From the IMG/VR virus record IMGVR_UViG_3300048929_000143, positions 1 to 63,715 of that record: a stretch of DNA of 63,715 nt; one strand, 5' to 3'. Below, in pieces: positions 27,420-36,255 of the stretch (its first letter is position 1; every line of letters starts with the position of its first letter). Made by a program: the position numbers and the translations under genes. Source of the DNA: a virus. Below the pieces are notes generated by a model. It saw only the letters and a program-made list of their open reading frames with translations. It did no database searches and was not told where the DNA came from.

Positions 27420-28582
27420 TATATGCAGTCGTCCTGATCAAAGTGGGATTCGCGCTCCGCTTCCATTTCCAGGTGCATAATAGCTGCAGCCGTGTAGACG
27501 ATGGCGCCGAGCAGTTCTTTTACATCCGATCCGTAGGTAAGTCCCATGGACTCTTCCAGTTTCTTGGCCGCCTGGCCGAGCAGGAATCCGGTGCTGAATT
27601 TGTTCGCCAGGTCGAACAGCGGCTGCTGCGCGAATGGCTTATTATTGGCGTGACGCTCTTTCCCTTTTCCGCGCGCTGCCTGATCGTATGCCAGCGCCAG
27701 GACGTGGAAGAGGTCGTCGTATCCCGGCACCGTGCGAATCCAGTTCAGCTTACCTTCGTATAGTTCGTCTTTCATCTTGCCGACGTAGCCGTCAGGAACT
27801 TCGCGGCCGTGCGTCATGGTATAGAATCCGGTATTCGGCTTCTTCGATCCGTGCAACTTAGCAGGGATAGGAGGAAGTTTGGCCGCGTTCACCGTAATCG
27901 TCTCTTCTCCCCATGGTAGTTGCGGCAGGTGACGCTTGAACAGCGTAGGGGTGATGTCCCACCCGCGGGCATTGATGAACATGAGGAAGTTCGACGCATC
28001 CGCCATGTGGCCTTTCAGGATGTTCTTGAACGCCAGATCCAGCGCGTCGCCCGCGTTAAAGGATTCATCGTCCCACTGCAGGAATTCGGTGCCGGACTGC
28101 TTCTTCTCACCGGCCACCAGACCACCGAACATCAAGTCGACGTGGACTTTGAACACTTCCTGCAGGTGGACAGGGATGCCGGTCAGGTCGATTTCTAACA
28201 CGTTCGGATTCGCAGGAACTTTCGGCAGAGGTTGGGCGTAGCCGCCGTCCAATACCACCTGTTTTACGGCATCGTGGTAAATACTCATTGAATCGTTAAG
28301 CGCGGTATACACGCGAGCCGCGAATGCTTGCGGAGATTCGGCGGTAGTCGGTGCAGATACTTTCACATACCCATGCTTGGCAAGTAACTCCAGCAGCCTT
28401 TCTTGGTCTTCTTTGTCAGATTCTCCAGCTAAACGCAGAGCTATGTTTTCGTGCAGGCGGTCGTTTGCCGCCTCACTGCATTTGCGGTATCCGTGATTAG
28501 CCAGAACCTGAATCAGCGCGTTCAAGTCTCGGTCGCCGCCGTTGCGGCACAACATGCGGTCTACATCGTTAGATAAACTCAT
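27419..28582 (-). CDS. Hypothetical protein; C-terminal region resembles phage dATP/dGTP diphosphohydrolase N-terminal-like domain
   Basis: 387 aa; ...ARGKGKERHANNKPFAQQPL...GFLLGQAAKKLEES...ELLGAIVYTAAAIMHLE (recalled family pattern, weak). N-terminal duplicated L..LLA.HGY.K motif. Confidence 0.55.
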   Translation of the reverse strand: MSLSNDVDRMLCRNGGDRDLNALIQVLANHGYRKCSEAANDRLHENIALRLAGESDKEDQERLLELLAKHGYVKVSAPTTAESPQAFAARVYTALNDSMSIYHDAVKQVVLDGGYAQPLPKVPANPNVLEIDLTGIPVHLQEVFKVHVDLMFGGLVAGEKKQSGTEFLQWDDESFNAGDALDLAFKNILKGHMADASNFLMFINARGWDITPTLFKRHLPQLPWGEETITVNAAKLPPIPAKLHGSKKPNTGFYTMTHGREVPDGYVGKMKDELYEGKLNWIRTVPGYDDLFHVLALAYDQAARGKGKERHANNKPFAQQPLFDLANKFSTGFLLGQAAKKLEESMGLTYGSDVKELLGAIVYTAAAIMHLEMEAERESHFDQDDCI

Positions 28583-28584
28583 GA

Positions 28585-29487
28585 TTAACCTTCCAGTGCG
28601 TAGTTTTCGTCGCCCGCTTCGTCAGCGGAGATGGTGTTTGTGGCGGCCGTCAGCGTGTGGCCATGGAGTTCGCAGAACGTTTTGAACGCGATTTCTGCGG
28701 AGTCTTTCTCGTCTTGCGTTTTCGCGTTGATATAATTCACGTAGAGGTGCATAGCCTGGTTGCAGTCGTCCACGTTGCTGAAATGCAGCTTCGACGGCTC
28801 GAACTCATACATGTTTCCGGTTTCATCGTTGAACATGAAGTACGGGAACACCTCGTCGTGAACCTGATACTGCCAGATGCCGTCTGCCACCGGCTCCCAC
28901 AACTGCCACTGGCGGGTACGATCTGCGTCGGCCTTATGCTGCTGGTTGTTCGACAACTGCAGGATGACGCGCAGGGTGCGGCCGCCGATCATGCGAGACA
29001 CCTTCTTCTGGTGTTTGCTGCGGGCGCGGTGCAGGTGTTCAGCTTCTGCTTTTACCCCGTCAATCGAACGGCCGCCCACGCGGCGTTTGTACTCCAGCGC
29101 GCGCTGATTGGTGAACTCGGACATGATGTTATTGCTATGCACCTGGTAGTTGAAGATCAGGTCGCCGATTACCGTGGCGCCGCGGTTGGACGGGGCCGGC
29201 AACATACGTCTTTTCGGCATTTCTTGGACATACCCGCCGGTGCGGAAGTGCATGTTCTTCTGGCGCTTGGCCGCGTCGACCTTGTCATTCCATTCCGCGA
29301 TTTCCGCGGCTTGCGCAGAAAGACGGCGGCCGCCAAACAGATTACGAAGGCGCTCGGCGTCTTTCTGACGCTTGGTCTGCCGGACTTCGGTGCGGATCTC
29401 TTTCCCCTGGCGTGGGTCGGGTACCGCGTTGGCCATGGATGCCAGGCCTAACATGGTTGCGCCTAATACTAAACGGGATTTGTTCAT
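28585..29487 (-). CDS. Secreted/periplasmic early protein (signal peptide)
   Basis: 300 aa; MNKSRLVLGATMLGLASMANA|VP looks like a Sec signal with an AxA site; first gene after promoter 29523-29552. Confidence 0.65.
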   Translation of the reverse strand: MNKSRLVLGATMLGLASMANAVPDPRQGKEIRTEVRQTKRQKDAERLRNLFGGRRLSAQAAEIAEWNDKVDAAKRQKNMHFRTGGYVQEMPKRRMLPAPSNRGATVIGDLIFNYQVHSNNIMSEFTNQRALEYKRRVGGRSIDGVKAEAEHLHRARSKHQKKVSRMIGGRTLRVILQLSNNQQHKADADRTRQWQLWEPVADGIWQYQVHDEVFPYFMFNDETGNMYEFEPSKLHFSNVDDCNQAMHLYVNYINAKTQDEKDSAEIAFKTFCELHGHTLTAATNTISADEAGDENYALEG

Positions 29488-29522
29488 TTGTTCGTCCTTA
29501 GTGACGTGTTGAAGTTAATGAC

Positions 29523-29552
29523 AAAATACACCACCGTTGTTTCGCATGTCAA
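29523..29552 (-). promoter_or_regulatory. Sigma70-like early promoter (class TTGACATGCGA...GGTGGTGTATTTTG)
   Basis: Minus strand: TTGACA (29552-29547), 18 nt, TATTTT (29528-29523). Near-identical to the 32440-32469 copy. Confidence 0.7.
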
Positions 29553-29562
29553 CAGGTTTTCA

Positions 29563-29592
29563 GGAAATAAAAAATCCGGCTCGAAAGCCGGA
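29563..29592 (-). terminator. Rho-independent terminator (leftward)
   Basis: tccggct/agccgga stem with cgaa loop; on the minus strand followed by TTTTTTATTT. Confidence 0.75.
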
Positions 29593-29617
29593 CTTCTTAT
29601 CCCATCCCTGGAGGCTA

Positions 29618-30304
29618 CTACAACGAAAACGACTGGATATGCTTCTGCCGAATCTCTGCCAGTTCTTCCGCGCGCTTGCGTCCGAATGCCAGGAGTTCCT
29701 TGCGGTGAATGTACACTGGTTCCCTGTCACGCGGCAAGTGCTTATTGAACACCAGCACGGCGCACCCGAAGAAGGCAGACTGACGGTTAACCGGTTTTTC
29801 CGGCCGAAACCATTCTGGCCGTTCGAACGCCACGCGCCCTTTGATGAAGTACGTGCGATCCGGTTCGCTGTCCGGCCACCACGTTTCACTGGTTGCCGCT
29901 TTAATCAGGAAGGCGAAGCGCCCGCCCTGTTCCCGTTCTTCCAGCGCCTTTTCCATAATCGGCGCCATACCGGTAATAATGTCTCCCTCGTCCGACTGAA
30001 TGATCGAGTATGGCGGATTAGCGAAGGCATAGTCTGGTTCCTCGGTGATGCCCTGCAGGCGACCGGTCCAGTCCTGCAGCAGCGCGTTATCCTCGGCGGT
30101 GAAGTATTCGGGACACTTCGAGTTCTGGCCATCGGTGAACAAGTCCAGCACGAACTTAGGGGCGCGGCGCTTCTCAGCGGGCAGGCAAAGCGTTTCGATG
30201 CCGTGGAAAAGCGCGTCACCGGTACGCCACTGGTCGCCGATCTCTTTCAGTTCGTGGAAACGCTGGTCCTTCACGGCCTCCAGGCGGCGCACATAACTGT
30301 TCAT
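29618..30304 (-). CDS. dam: DNA N6-adenine methyltransferase (phage Dam type)
   Basis: 228 aa; catalytic FANPPYS motif; length and layout of phage N6A-MTases. Confidence 0.75.
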   Translation of the reverse strand: MNSYVRRLEAVKDQRFHELKEIGDQWRTGDALFHGIETLCLPAEKRRAPKFVLDLFTDGQNSKCPEYFTAEDNALLQDWTGRLQGITEEPDYAFANPPYSIIQSDEGDIITGMAPIMEKALEEREQGGRFAFLIKAATSETWWPDSEPDRTYFIKGRVAFERPEWFRPEKPVNRQSAFFGCAVLVFNKHLPRDREPVYIHRKELLAFGRKRAEELAEIRQKHIQSFSL

Positions 30305-30555
30305 CGGACGACCCCCAGTGCCAGGTTACGGCATATCGCTTCCAGCAGCGCCCATTCCTCCCTCTGAACGGTGCCGTCGGCGAACTGGACAACCACGCGG
30401 CATGGTCGGGCGGCCATGGATGCCGTGACCTTCACCGCCTCGTTGCCCTCTCCGTATATCTGGACGGCTCCGGTGGACTCGACCACCTTAGTCAGCAGGC
30501 CATTGCGACTGGCCATTCGCTGAACGCGTTCCTGAAATTCGTCTTTCCGGCTCAA
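30301..30555 (-). CDS. Hypothetical protein
   Basis: 84 aa; 4-nt overlaps with both neighbours (translational coupling). Confidence 0.6.
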   Translation of the reverse strand: MSRKDEFQERVQRMASRNGLLTKVVESTGAVQIYGEGNEAVKVTASMAARPCRVVVQFADGTVQREEWALLEAICRNLALGVVR

Positions 30556-30842
30556 AACGATTCCCCCTGGTTGAGCAGTTTCCCGTCGCGCAGCCGGACA
30601 AAGTATTCCTGCGCCTTCATGGAGGCGATGTCCGCGCGCTGCTGCAGTTTCTGGTTAGCATCCGCCAGGTGCATGTTCGTTTCCTGCAGGCCGTCGATTT
30701 GTTCAAACATGAGGTCGAACAGCACGGCCATAGGCTCGCCTGCGGTCATGAGCAGCGTGATTTCCTCGGTTTTAAACGGAGTTCGCTCACTGACCTGCTG
30801 GATGACCAGTGCCTTTTTCAGATCTTTGGCTGATGAAGTCAT
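30552..30842 (-). CDS. Hypothetical protein
   Basis: 96 aa; coupled by 4-nt overlaps. Confidence 0.6.
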   Translation of the reverse strand: MTSSAKDLKKALVIQQVSERTPFKTEEITLLMTAGEPMAVLFDLMFEQIDGLQETNMHLADANQKLQQRADIASMKAQEYFVRLRDGKLLNQGESF

Positions 30843-31042
30843 AACCTCTTTACTCCTTCCAGATAGTTCTTAATGGTTCGTTCGAATCCGATGCGCATAA
30901 TGTATGACGCGTTCCGGAACCCCCGCCAGGCACCCGCGATTGTCTGCCAGGCAAAAACGAAGGGCGCGGCCGCCGTCCAACCGGCGATGACGACGGCGGC
31001 AGTTACCGTGAAGAGTAAGACAAACACTATTCGTCTAATCAT
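30839..31042 (-). CDS. Small membrane protein
   Basis: Start moved to ATG 31042 (ATGA overlap with upstream stop); MIRRIVFVLLFTVTAAVVIAGW... gives one or two TM helices. Confidence 0.55.
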   Translation of the reverse strand: MIRRIVFVLLFTVTAAVVIAGWTAAAPFVFAWQTIAGAWRGFRNASYIMRIGFERTIKNYLEGVKRL

Positions 31043-31230
31043 GTTCTCTTCCGGTACATCGTTTTGGTCTGCTTGTGAGTCCCCTTCCCTGCAGACCGCT
31101 CGCGTAATCCGACTTCGGCTTCGGTTACGCATTCAGGGACGTCAGCGTCATCGACGTCCCAACTTTTTCCACACCCTGGGCAAACGAACTGATCCGTCGT
31201 GCGGTATTTAGAGCGATGGTTGTGATTCAT
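31039..31230 (-). CDS. Small Cys-containing (zinc-ribbon-like) protein
   Basis: 63 aa; CPGC...(14)...C pattern. Confidence 0.45.
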   Translation of the reverse strand: MNHNHRSKYRTTDQFVCPGCGKSWDVDDADVPECVTEAEVGLRERSAGKGTHKQTKTMYRKRT

Positions 31231-31780
31231 CTAAAGGACTCCCGAAAATGTGCATTGTCTTCCCGACTCGATAATCGGTGGGATTCCACATAATGCGTTT
31301 AACTTGGTCTTCCACCTGCCCGTGGTATTTCTCGTCTTTCAGGTAGAACAGGAAAGCCGGAACGGAATCAAATACCGGTATCCCGCAGCGGTTCGCTTCG
31401 TACACTTCATTGCGAGTGCCGATAGACTTTTCTGCAGCATCCGGCCGCGTCAGAATAACATAACTGCAGTCCCGCATCTGGCGCATGGTACCGCGCAACC
31501 AGTAATCCGCGTCTATGCCGGAGATGCCAGGCGTGTAGTCGAACAGGGCGGTGTTCATGTGCGGGATCACAGGGAACGGCGCCTCATGCCCCATCTTCTC
31601 CAGGATACTGCGGCTCTCCGGTGCATCATCGTAGCCATGGCCACCGATAATTTCCACGACGGGCTTGTGGTGCAGGGCGCGCAGCAGGGCAACGGCCGTC
31701 TGGCGGGCAAGGCGGATATTCTCTTCAACGCCAGCCTGGTCAGCAGCGCGGTACGGGCCAGCAATATAAACGAGTTTCAT
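31208..31780 (-). CDS. Nucleoside 2-deoxyribosyltransferase-like superfamily protein (DUF4406/DUF1937-like)
   Basis: Start ATG 31780 (ATGA overlap). MKLVYIAGPYRA...NI..A...A..L...PV.PH pattern typical of this fold (recalled). Confidence 0.45.
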   Translation of the reverse strand: MKLVYIAGPYRAADQAGVEENIRLARQTAVALLRALHHKPVVEIIGGHGYDDAPESRSILEKMGHEAPFPVIPHMNTALFDYTPGISGIDADYWLRGTMRQMRDCSYVILTRPDAAEKSIGTRNEVYEANRCGIPVFDSVPAFLFYLKDEKYHGQVEDQVKRIMWNPTDYRVGKTMHIFGSPLDESQPSL

Positions 31781-32409
31781 AAGCAAAGGTTCTCCGTCTG
31801 GTCTTCGGTGGCGCGCATACTGATAGCGCCGGTTGGGGTGTAGGTTACGAAAATGTCGGTCAGCAGCGCACCGAACGTCGGGACTTTCGGCAGGGTCCGG
31901 GAAGCGAACTGGTCGGTCAGTACCGGATGGCCATGCCATTTGGCGAACTGGCGGCCGAACTGCGCGTCACAGAGGACAGGGAAGGATGGCGCTATCCAGA
32001 TGTGGCCTTTGTATTCCTGGTGCATCATCCCCGCCTGCATCATGATCCGCATCAACGATGCCCGCGCCATGCCGAGGTCGCCGCGCATCTTTTCGGTACC
32101 GGCGGCCACGCCCGCGCGCATAGCGAAACGCCCGAAGAAGTGTCCTTTGACAAGGTGGCCGTAGATAGCCAGGCCGTCGAAGTCTTTCGGGCGTACCGGA
32201 TTGAATTCTTTCGCTGCAATGGTGTAGAAGGGGTCGACCTCTTCCGCTATGTCGTCAGGCAGGTCGGACGTTTTGCCGGTGCTGCTGACGAAGAAGGGGA
32301 ACGAACCGTCGTGGATAATCAAGCCGATTTCTCCGCCGAAATCCGGTGTCGCCGAGGATGGCCATTCGACTTTCGATGGCCGGTAAGGCGCAATGTTGGG
32401 TAATTTCAT
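31777..32409 (-). CDS. Hypothetical protein
   Basis: 210 aa; first gene after promoter 32440-32469; GGAGC RBS. Confidence 0.6.
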   Translation of the reverse strand: MKLPNIAPYRPSKVEWPSSATPDFGGEIGLIIHDGSFPFFVSSTGKTSDLPDDIAEEVDPFYTIAAKEFNPVRPKDFDGLAIYGHLVKGHFFGRFAMRAGVAAGTEKMRGDLGMARASLMRIMMQAGMMHQEYKGHIWIAPSFPVLCDAQFGRQFAKWHGHPVLTDQFASRTLPKVPTFGALLTDIFVTYTPTGAISMRATEDQTENLCL

Positions 32410-32439
32410 TGAGGTAGCTCCGTTTGTAATTACGCTTAC

Positions 32440-32469
32440 AAATTACACCACCGCCGGATCGCATGTCAA
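32440..32469 (-). promoter_or_regulatory. Sigma70-like early promoter (second copy of the TTGACATGCGA...GGTGGTGTAATTTG cassette)
   Basis: Minus strand: TTGACA (32469-32464), 18 nt, TAATTT (32445-32440). Confidence 0.7.
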
Positions 32470-32481
32470 CACGTTTTACAG

Positions 32482-32509
32482 ATAAAAAGATGCCCCGACC
32501 AGCGGGGCA
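32482..32509 (-). terminator. Rho-independent terminator (leftward)
   Basis: tgccccg/cggggca stem (32491-32497/32503-32509); minus strand followed by TCTTTTTATC. Confidence 0.75.
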
Positions 32510-32535
32510 AAGACTGTCTCTCACTTTCCACTAAT

Positions 32536-32958
32536 TCAGAGCAAAGGCGCTTGCATCACAGAAGTAAGTTCATTACGGCTATTCATATTAATAGTTAGTA
32601 ACGATTCGAATGTCAAATCATCCTTTGTCCTATTGCAAAGATAGCCGTGTGTGTTCTCACCTCCGTAGGCTTTCACCAGTCGGTGGAACTCTTCCAGTCG
32701 GATCACGGTGCAGCCATTGTGACGGGGCTGCATCTTCATGACCTCCAGTAGCGGATCGCAGAACACGATTTGCTGGCCGACGTGGTGGAACAAGACCACC
32801 GCTTCGAACTCGCTGTCCCACCAGATTTCCGTCTTCTCGTCGGGCTTGTGGATGGTTTCAATGATCACGCCGGTACGCCAGTTCCGCCAGTGCTTATATA
32901 CACCCTGACGGGATGATTCGGCCGGTACGTGGAACGGGTCAGAGTTTGTCGTCTTCAC
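32536..32958 (-). CDS. Hypothetical protein
   Basis: 140 aa ORF in operon context. Confidence 0.55.
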   Translation of the reverse strand: MKTTNSDPFHVPAESSRQGVYKHWRNWRTGVIIETIHKPDEKTEIWWDSEFEAVVLFHHVGQQIVFCDPLLEVMKMQPRHNGCTVIRLEEFHRLVKAYGGENTHGYLCNRTKDDLTFESLLTINMNSRNELTSVMQAPLL

Positions 32959-33172
32959 TGTCCTGTTTCTCCTTCCAGACGCGGACGCCTGCCTGCCCCT
33001 GGTAAATCTCGTCGTTCTCTACGCGGTGGATAGAAATTTTAAAACCGGCCCGCCGCGCTACCTGTCGCAAGAAATACAGATCCTTCGGCTGTTTCCCCTC
33101 CACGAAGAAGGAATGGCCGACCTCCATGTCGGCTAACATCTTGCGGTATGATTCGTACTTCGGTGCTGCCAT
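32939..33172 (-). CDS. Hypothetical protein
   Basis: 77 aa ORF in operon context. Confidence 0.5.
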   Translation of the reverse strand: MAAPKYESYRKMLADMEVGHSFFVEGKQPKDLYFLRQVARRAGFKISIHRVENDEIYQGQAGVRVWKEKQDSEDDKL

Positions 33173-33181
33173 ACCGTCCCC

Positions 33182-34381
33182 TTACAGTTCGTCGTTCTCG
33201 TCATACTCTTCGTCGACGGTTTCCGTGTCGCCGACTTTGCCTGTGCCTTCTTCCGTGTCATCGCGCTGGTGGTCAGGCGAGAAGTGGGAGCAGACGTCTT
33301 CCAGGTAGCCGATCATGTCCCCGATGACGTCCGTAAACAGGTACATGTACGCGTTGAAGTCCAGCATCGCGTTGTCGCTTTCGACGCTGCCCCGCTCGGC
33401 CACCATGACGTCCGACAGTTTAACTCCGGAGAACACGCCCTTCGCGTTGAGCTTGAACGTGGTGTATCCGAGCGCGCTTTCGATTGGCGATTTCTGCCAG
33501 AAGCGCATGGACATGTTGTCGACTTCGTAGTCCTGTTCCAGCGCTTCGCCGACCAGCGGGTCGAATCCTTTGTCGTTGCGCAGAACCTGATCTTTAAACG
33601 AGTAAGCCGAACCGCCGGACACGCGGTCTACCAGCTTGGCCGAGGTGTGCGGCTGGAACGTCACCCATGGCTTGTCGCCTTCCTTCTCTTTCAGGATGCG
33701 CGTCAGCAGCCATTTGACCGGCAGCGTCAGGTCGTTCTCAAACGGGTACGCAGGGAACGAAGAGAAGGCGCGGCGGAACAGCACGGCATTCACGTCCTCC
33801 ACGACCTTGTGACTGCTGACGAAGTAGAACACGTCGTAGATGTCGGGGTCGTTCACGGAGCGCTGGAACAGGACCGGGATCTGACGGGTCCGGATAAGCG
33901 CTTTCGCCAGCAGACGGGCGGCCACGGCATCTTTGATTTCCGCCCACTGCTTGCGGTTCAGTTCTTCGCCCTGACGTTTGGCCAGCTTCGCCCCTTCTTT
34001 CTGGACTTCGGCGCGCAGCGTGTCACCTGGAAGGATGCGTTCTCGGCGTTCCAGGATGGCGAAGATCTGGCCGTTGTCCAGCGCATGGAACACGGTGTCG
34101 GCAGGGTCGAAGGTGCTGTCGTCCGCCCATTCGATTTCCATGAACGGCAGGGCGTCCATGATGCGGGCAAAGCCGTATTTCAGCCATGCGGATGATGCAG
34201 GGTCTTCGGCATACAGCGGGGTGGTTTCCGATGCCTCTTTGACCTGCAGGTTCATGGCGCGGGCAACCTCTTCTGCAGAGTGGCCAGACCATAAGTGTTT
34301 CAGCGGGTACGCGTCACCGACCATGGATTTCTCCAGGCGCATGACGTTAAACCCTCTCAGTTTGTTAGCGAAAGTAGCCAT
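33182..34381 (-). CDS. rdgC: RdgC-like recombination-associated protein
   Basis: 399 aa; ...ILPGDTLRAEVQKEGAKLAKRQGEELNRKQWAEIKDAVAARLLAKALIRTRQIPVLF resembles the RdgC core (recalled pattern). Confidence 0.55.
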   Translation of the reverse strand: MATFANKLRGFNVMRLEKSMVGDAYPLKHLWSGHSAEEVARAMNLQVKEASETTPLYAEDPASSAWLKYGFARIMDALPFMEIEWADDSTFDPADTVFHALDNGQIFAILERRERILPGDTLRAEVQKEGAKLAKRQGEELNRKQWAEIKDAVAARLLAKALIRTRQIPVLFQRSVNDPDIYDVFYFVSSHKVVEDVNAVLFRRAFSSFPAYPFENDLTLPVKWLLTRILKEKEGDKPWVTFQPHTSAKLVDRVSGGSAYSFKDQVLRNDKGFDPLVGEALEQDYEVDNMSMRFWQKSPIESALGYTTFKLNAKGVFSGVKLSDVMVAERGSVESDNAMLDFNAYMYLFTDVIGDMIGYLEDVCSHFSPDHQRDDTEEGTGKVGDTETVDEEYDENDEL

Positions 34382-34382
34382 A

Positions 34383-34742
34383 TTAAATACCTGTTTTAAC
34401 GCGTTCGCGGATCATGTGGATGTCGGAGTAAGACAGGTCGCGCGCGATTGCCCGAACGTTGTCCATGGCCGACAGTAAGTCCCCCAGGCGGCGGAAGATG
34501 TGTTCGGAAATGATCTCATGATCGAGGTCTGAACACGCTTCTGTCTCCGCCAGTTTGTTAATCAAATCGGTCGCAGCTTCGCGGAACATAAACGCGATGG
34601 GGGTCAGCGCGATGTCGATTTTCGAGGCGCTTCCGGAGGTGGCCATCCGGAACTCTTCTTCCAGTTGCATAAGGACGACTTTGTCCGGCTTCGGGGCCGG
34701 CGTCGGGTCGAAACGTGCGAGATCATCGGCCATGGCGATCAC
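34383..34742 (-). CDS. Hypothetical protein
   Basis: 119 aa ORF in operon context. Confidence 0.55.
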   Translation of the reverse strand: MIAMADDLARFDPTPAPKPDKVVLMQLEEEFRMATSGSASKIDIALTPIAFMFREAATDLINKLAETEACSDLDHEIISEHIFRRLGDLLSAMDNVRAIARDLSYSDIHMIRERVKTGI

Positions 34743-35118
34743 CTTTCAGCGGGCGAACCTGGTACTGCGTGGTGTGCTTGTCGACGGCCTTCACGCCAAT
34801 CTGCTGCGCACCGAAACGCGTGGTGTCCGTGATTTCGCGGCTGTCGATGGCCAGCGTTTTACGGCCGCATTTCCACATGACGAAGGCGATCAGGCTGACC
34901 TGCATCTGGTTGAACTTCTCTTCCAGGTCGTCGGACAGGCGTTCCTGTACGGCTTCCATGATTTTTATTTCACCCTGCAGGGCTTCGTTCGACTGTTTCA
35001 GCTTTTTGATGGCCGGAAGTATCGCAGTAAGGTCGTGGATATTCTCTCGGTCCCCGTCGGAGATACCGAGTTCCTTACACACTTCTATTAAAATCTGAGA
35101 TTCGTTAAGGTCTGGCAT
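34723..35118 (-). CDS. Hypothetical protein (coiled-coil)
   Basis: 131 aa; start abuts the upstream stop. Confidence 0.55.
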   Translation of the reverse strand: MPDLNESQILIEVCKELGISDGDRENIHDLTAILPAIKKLKQSNEALQGEIKIMEAVQERLSDDLEEKFNQMQVSLIAFVMWKCGRKTLAIDSREITDTTRFGAQQIGVKAVDKHTTQYQVRPLKGDRHGR

Positions 35119-35441
35119 TATTTCATCCTTTTGATGATGGCCACGGCGTACACGTTGCCGCTGGCGGTGATGGTGTGGGAAGTTTCGATCGAGAACTCAG
35201 CGCCTGACATACCATTGCGGTTTTTCGCGCCCTTAACGCTGGAGTACGCGCCGTCGGACAGACCTTTCTTGATAGTAGACAGGGATTTCAGGTCGGAGGC
35301 GTCAACGGCCACCATTTTGCAGCAGACCTCGCCTAAATCCAGCGCGGCAATCTGGCTGGTCAGGGAGGACGGTTGTTTGCGGGAGCCTTTCTGGACGCCG
35401 TCATCCGGCATCTGCATGGCAATGGAAAGCTGGTCGGTCAT
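35118..35441 (-). CDS. Early operon leader protein, paralog of 40947-41249
   Basis: Start ATG 35441 after AAAGGA. Shares SQ(I/L)A.L..G...S.V....N..G..(F/Y)(S/T)I..S.T...II(K/R) with the 40947-41249 product. Confidence 0.6.
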   Translation of the reverse strand: MTDQLSIAMQMPDDGVQKGSRKQPSSLTSQIAALDLGEVCCKMVAVDASDLKSLSTIKKGLSDGAYSSVKGAKNRNGMSGAEFSIETSHTITASGNVYAVAIIKRMK

Positions 35442-35457
35442 GATAAGATCCTTTTGG

Positions 35458-35502
35458 CTGTTTGACAGAAAGATAATTACATGCGTTCTTCCTGTCAAAC
35501 AG
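35458..35502 (-). promoter_or_regulatory. Early promoter bracketed by a perfect 11-bp inverted repeat (operator candidate)
   Basis: Minus strand: TTGACA (35499-35494), 18 nt, TATCTT (35475-35470). ctgtttgacag (35458-35468) and ctgtcaaacag (35492-35502) are exact reverse complements. Confidence 0.6.
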
Positions 35503-35515
35503 TTTTTCAGGTGGA

Positions 35516-35794
35516 CTACAGTTCTTCGTTCTCTGTCCACTCTACCGTCCACCCTGCATCCCTCGCTTTCCGGTATTCGTGGATGTCCGCCTCTTCGCAT
35601 AATCCGTCTGACAGCATGTGGAATTTCTCGAACGCATCACGATAGATCCCACCACTGCAGCTTTCGGCGTGAAGCCAGTATCCGTAAACCGGTATGTGCT
35701 GGCACCCACATGGTCCGAGGTCTTCATCCCCGTAGAAAAAGCCGGTACCGTCACACAACCGGCACGGCTCGGCGTCTTCGGTATCGTATTCCAT
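35516..35794 (-). CDS. Cys-rich (zinc-binding?) acidic protein
   Basis: 92 aa; CRLCDGTG...CGC...C..G pattern. Confidence 0.55.
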   Translation of the reverse strand: MEYDTEDAEPCRLCDGTGFFYGDEDLGPCGCQHIPVYGYWLHAESCSGGIYRDAFEKFHMLSDGLCEEADIHEYRKARDAGWTVEWTENEEL

Positions 35795-35795
35795 G

Positions 35796-36026
35796 TCAGA
35801 ACTCCCTCTGTCGTGGTTTAGCTTTCGGCTTCTCGGTGTAGACGATCTCCACGTTGCGGGTGCGGACGCCGGTGAACACCTCCGACTTTCCTGTCAGGCA
35901 GAGGGCGAAGTTTTCCGCCGTCATGGCCATGGTTATGCTGCGGCCGGTTTCCAGCTTTAACCGGATCTCGATGGTGTCCGAGTTTCCGGTGCGATTGATA
36001 TCCAGGGTTGCGTTAATCAGTGCCAT
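35796..36026 (-). CDS. Hypothetical protein
   Basis: 76 aa ORF in operon context. Confidence 0.5.
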   Translation of the reverse strand: MALINATLDINRTGNSDTIEIRLKLETGRSITMAMTAENFALCLTGKSEVFTGVRTRNVEIVYTEKPKAKPRQREF

Positions 36027-36243
36027 GGTTGCCTTCTCTCATTAACTGGGTTGCATAGTGAACCATCTTGTCCGCGATATGCTGGTGGCGTTTCAGAAGA
36101 CGGTTCAGCAGGCGGCGGGAGGGATTGTCTTCGGACATACCATACCGGTCTGCTTCGTTCAGAGCGCCGTTGATGTCGGCGATCATCTTGTTGTTCACCA
36201 GGGCAATGGCCACCATCTTAGCGGCCGTTTTGACTGCGATCAT
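36013..36243 (-). CDS. Hypothetical protein
   Basis: 76 aa ORF in operon context. Confidence 0.5.
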   Translation of the reverse strand: MIAVKTAAKMVAIALVNNKMIADINGALNEADRYGMSEDNPSRRLLNRLLKRHQHIADKMVHYATQLMREGNHGTD

Positions 36244-36255
36244 AAGAGGGCATCC

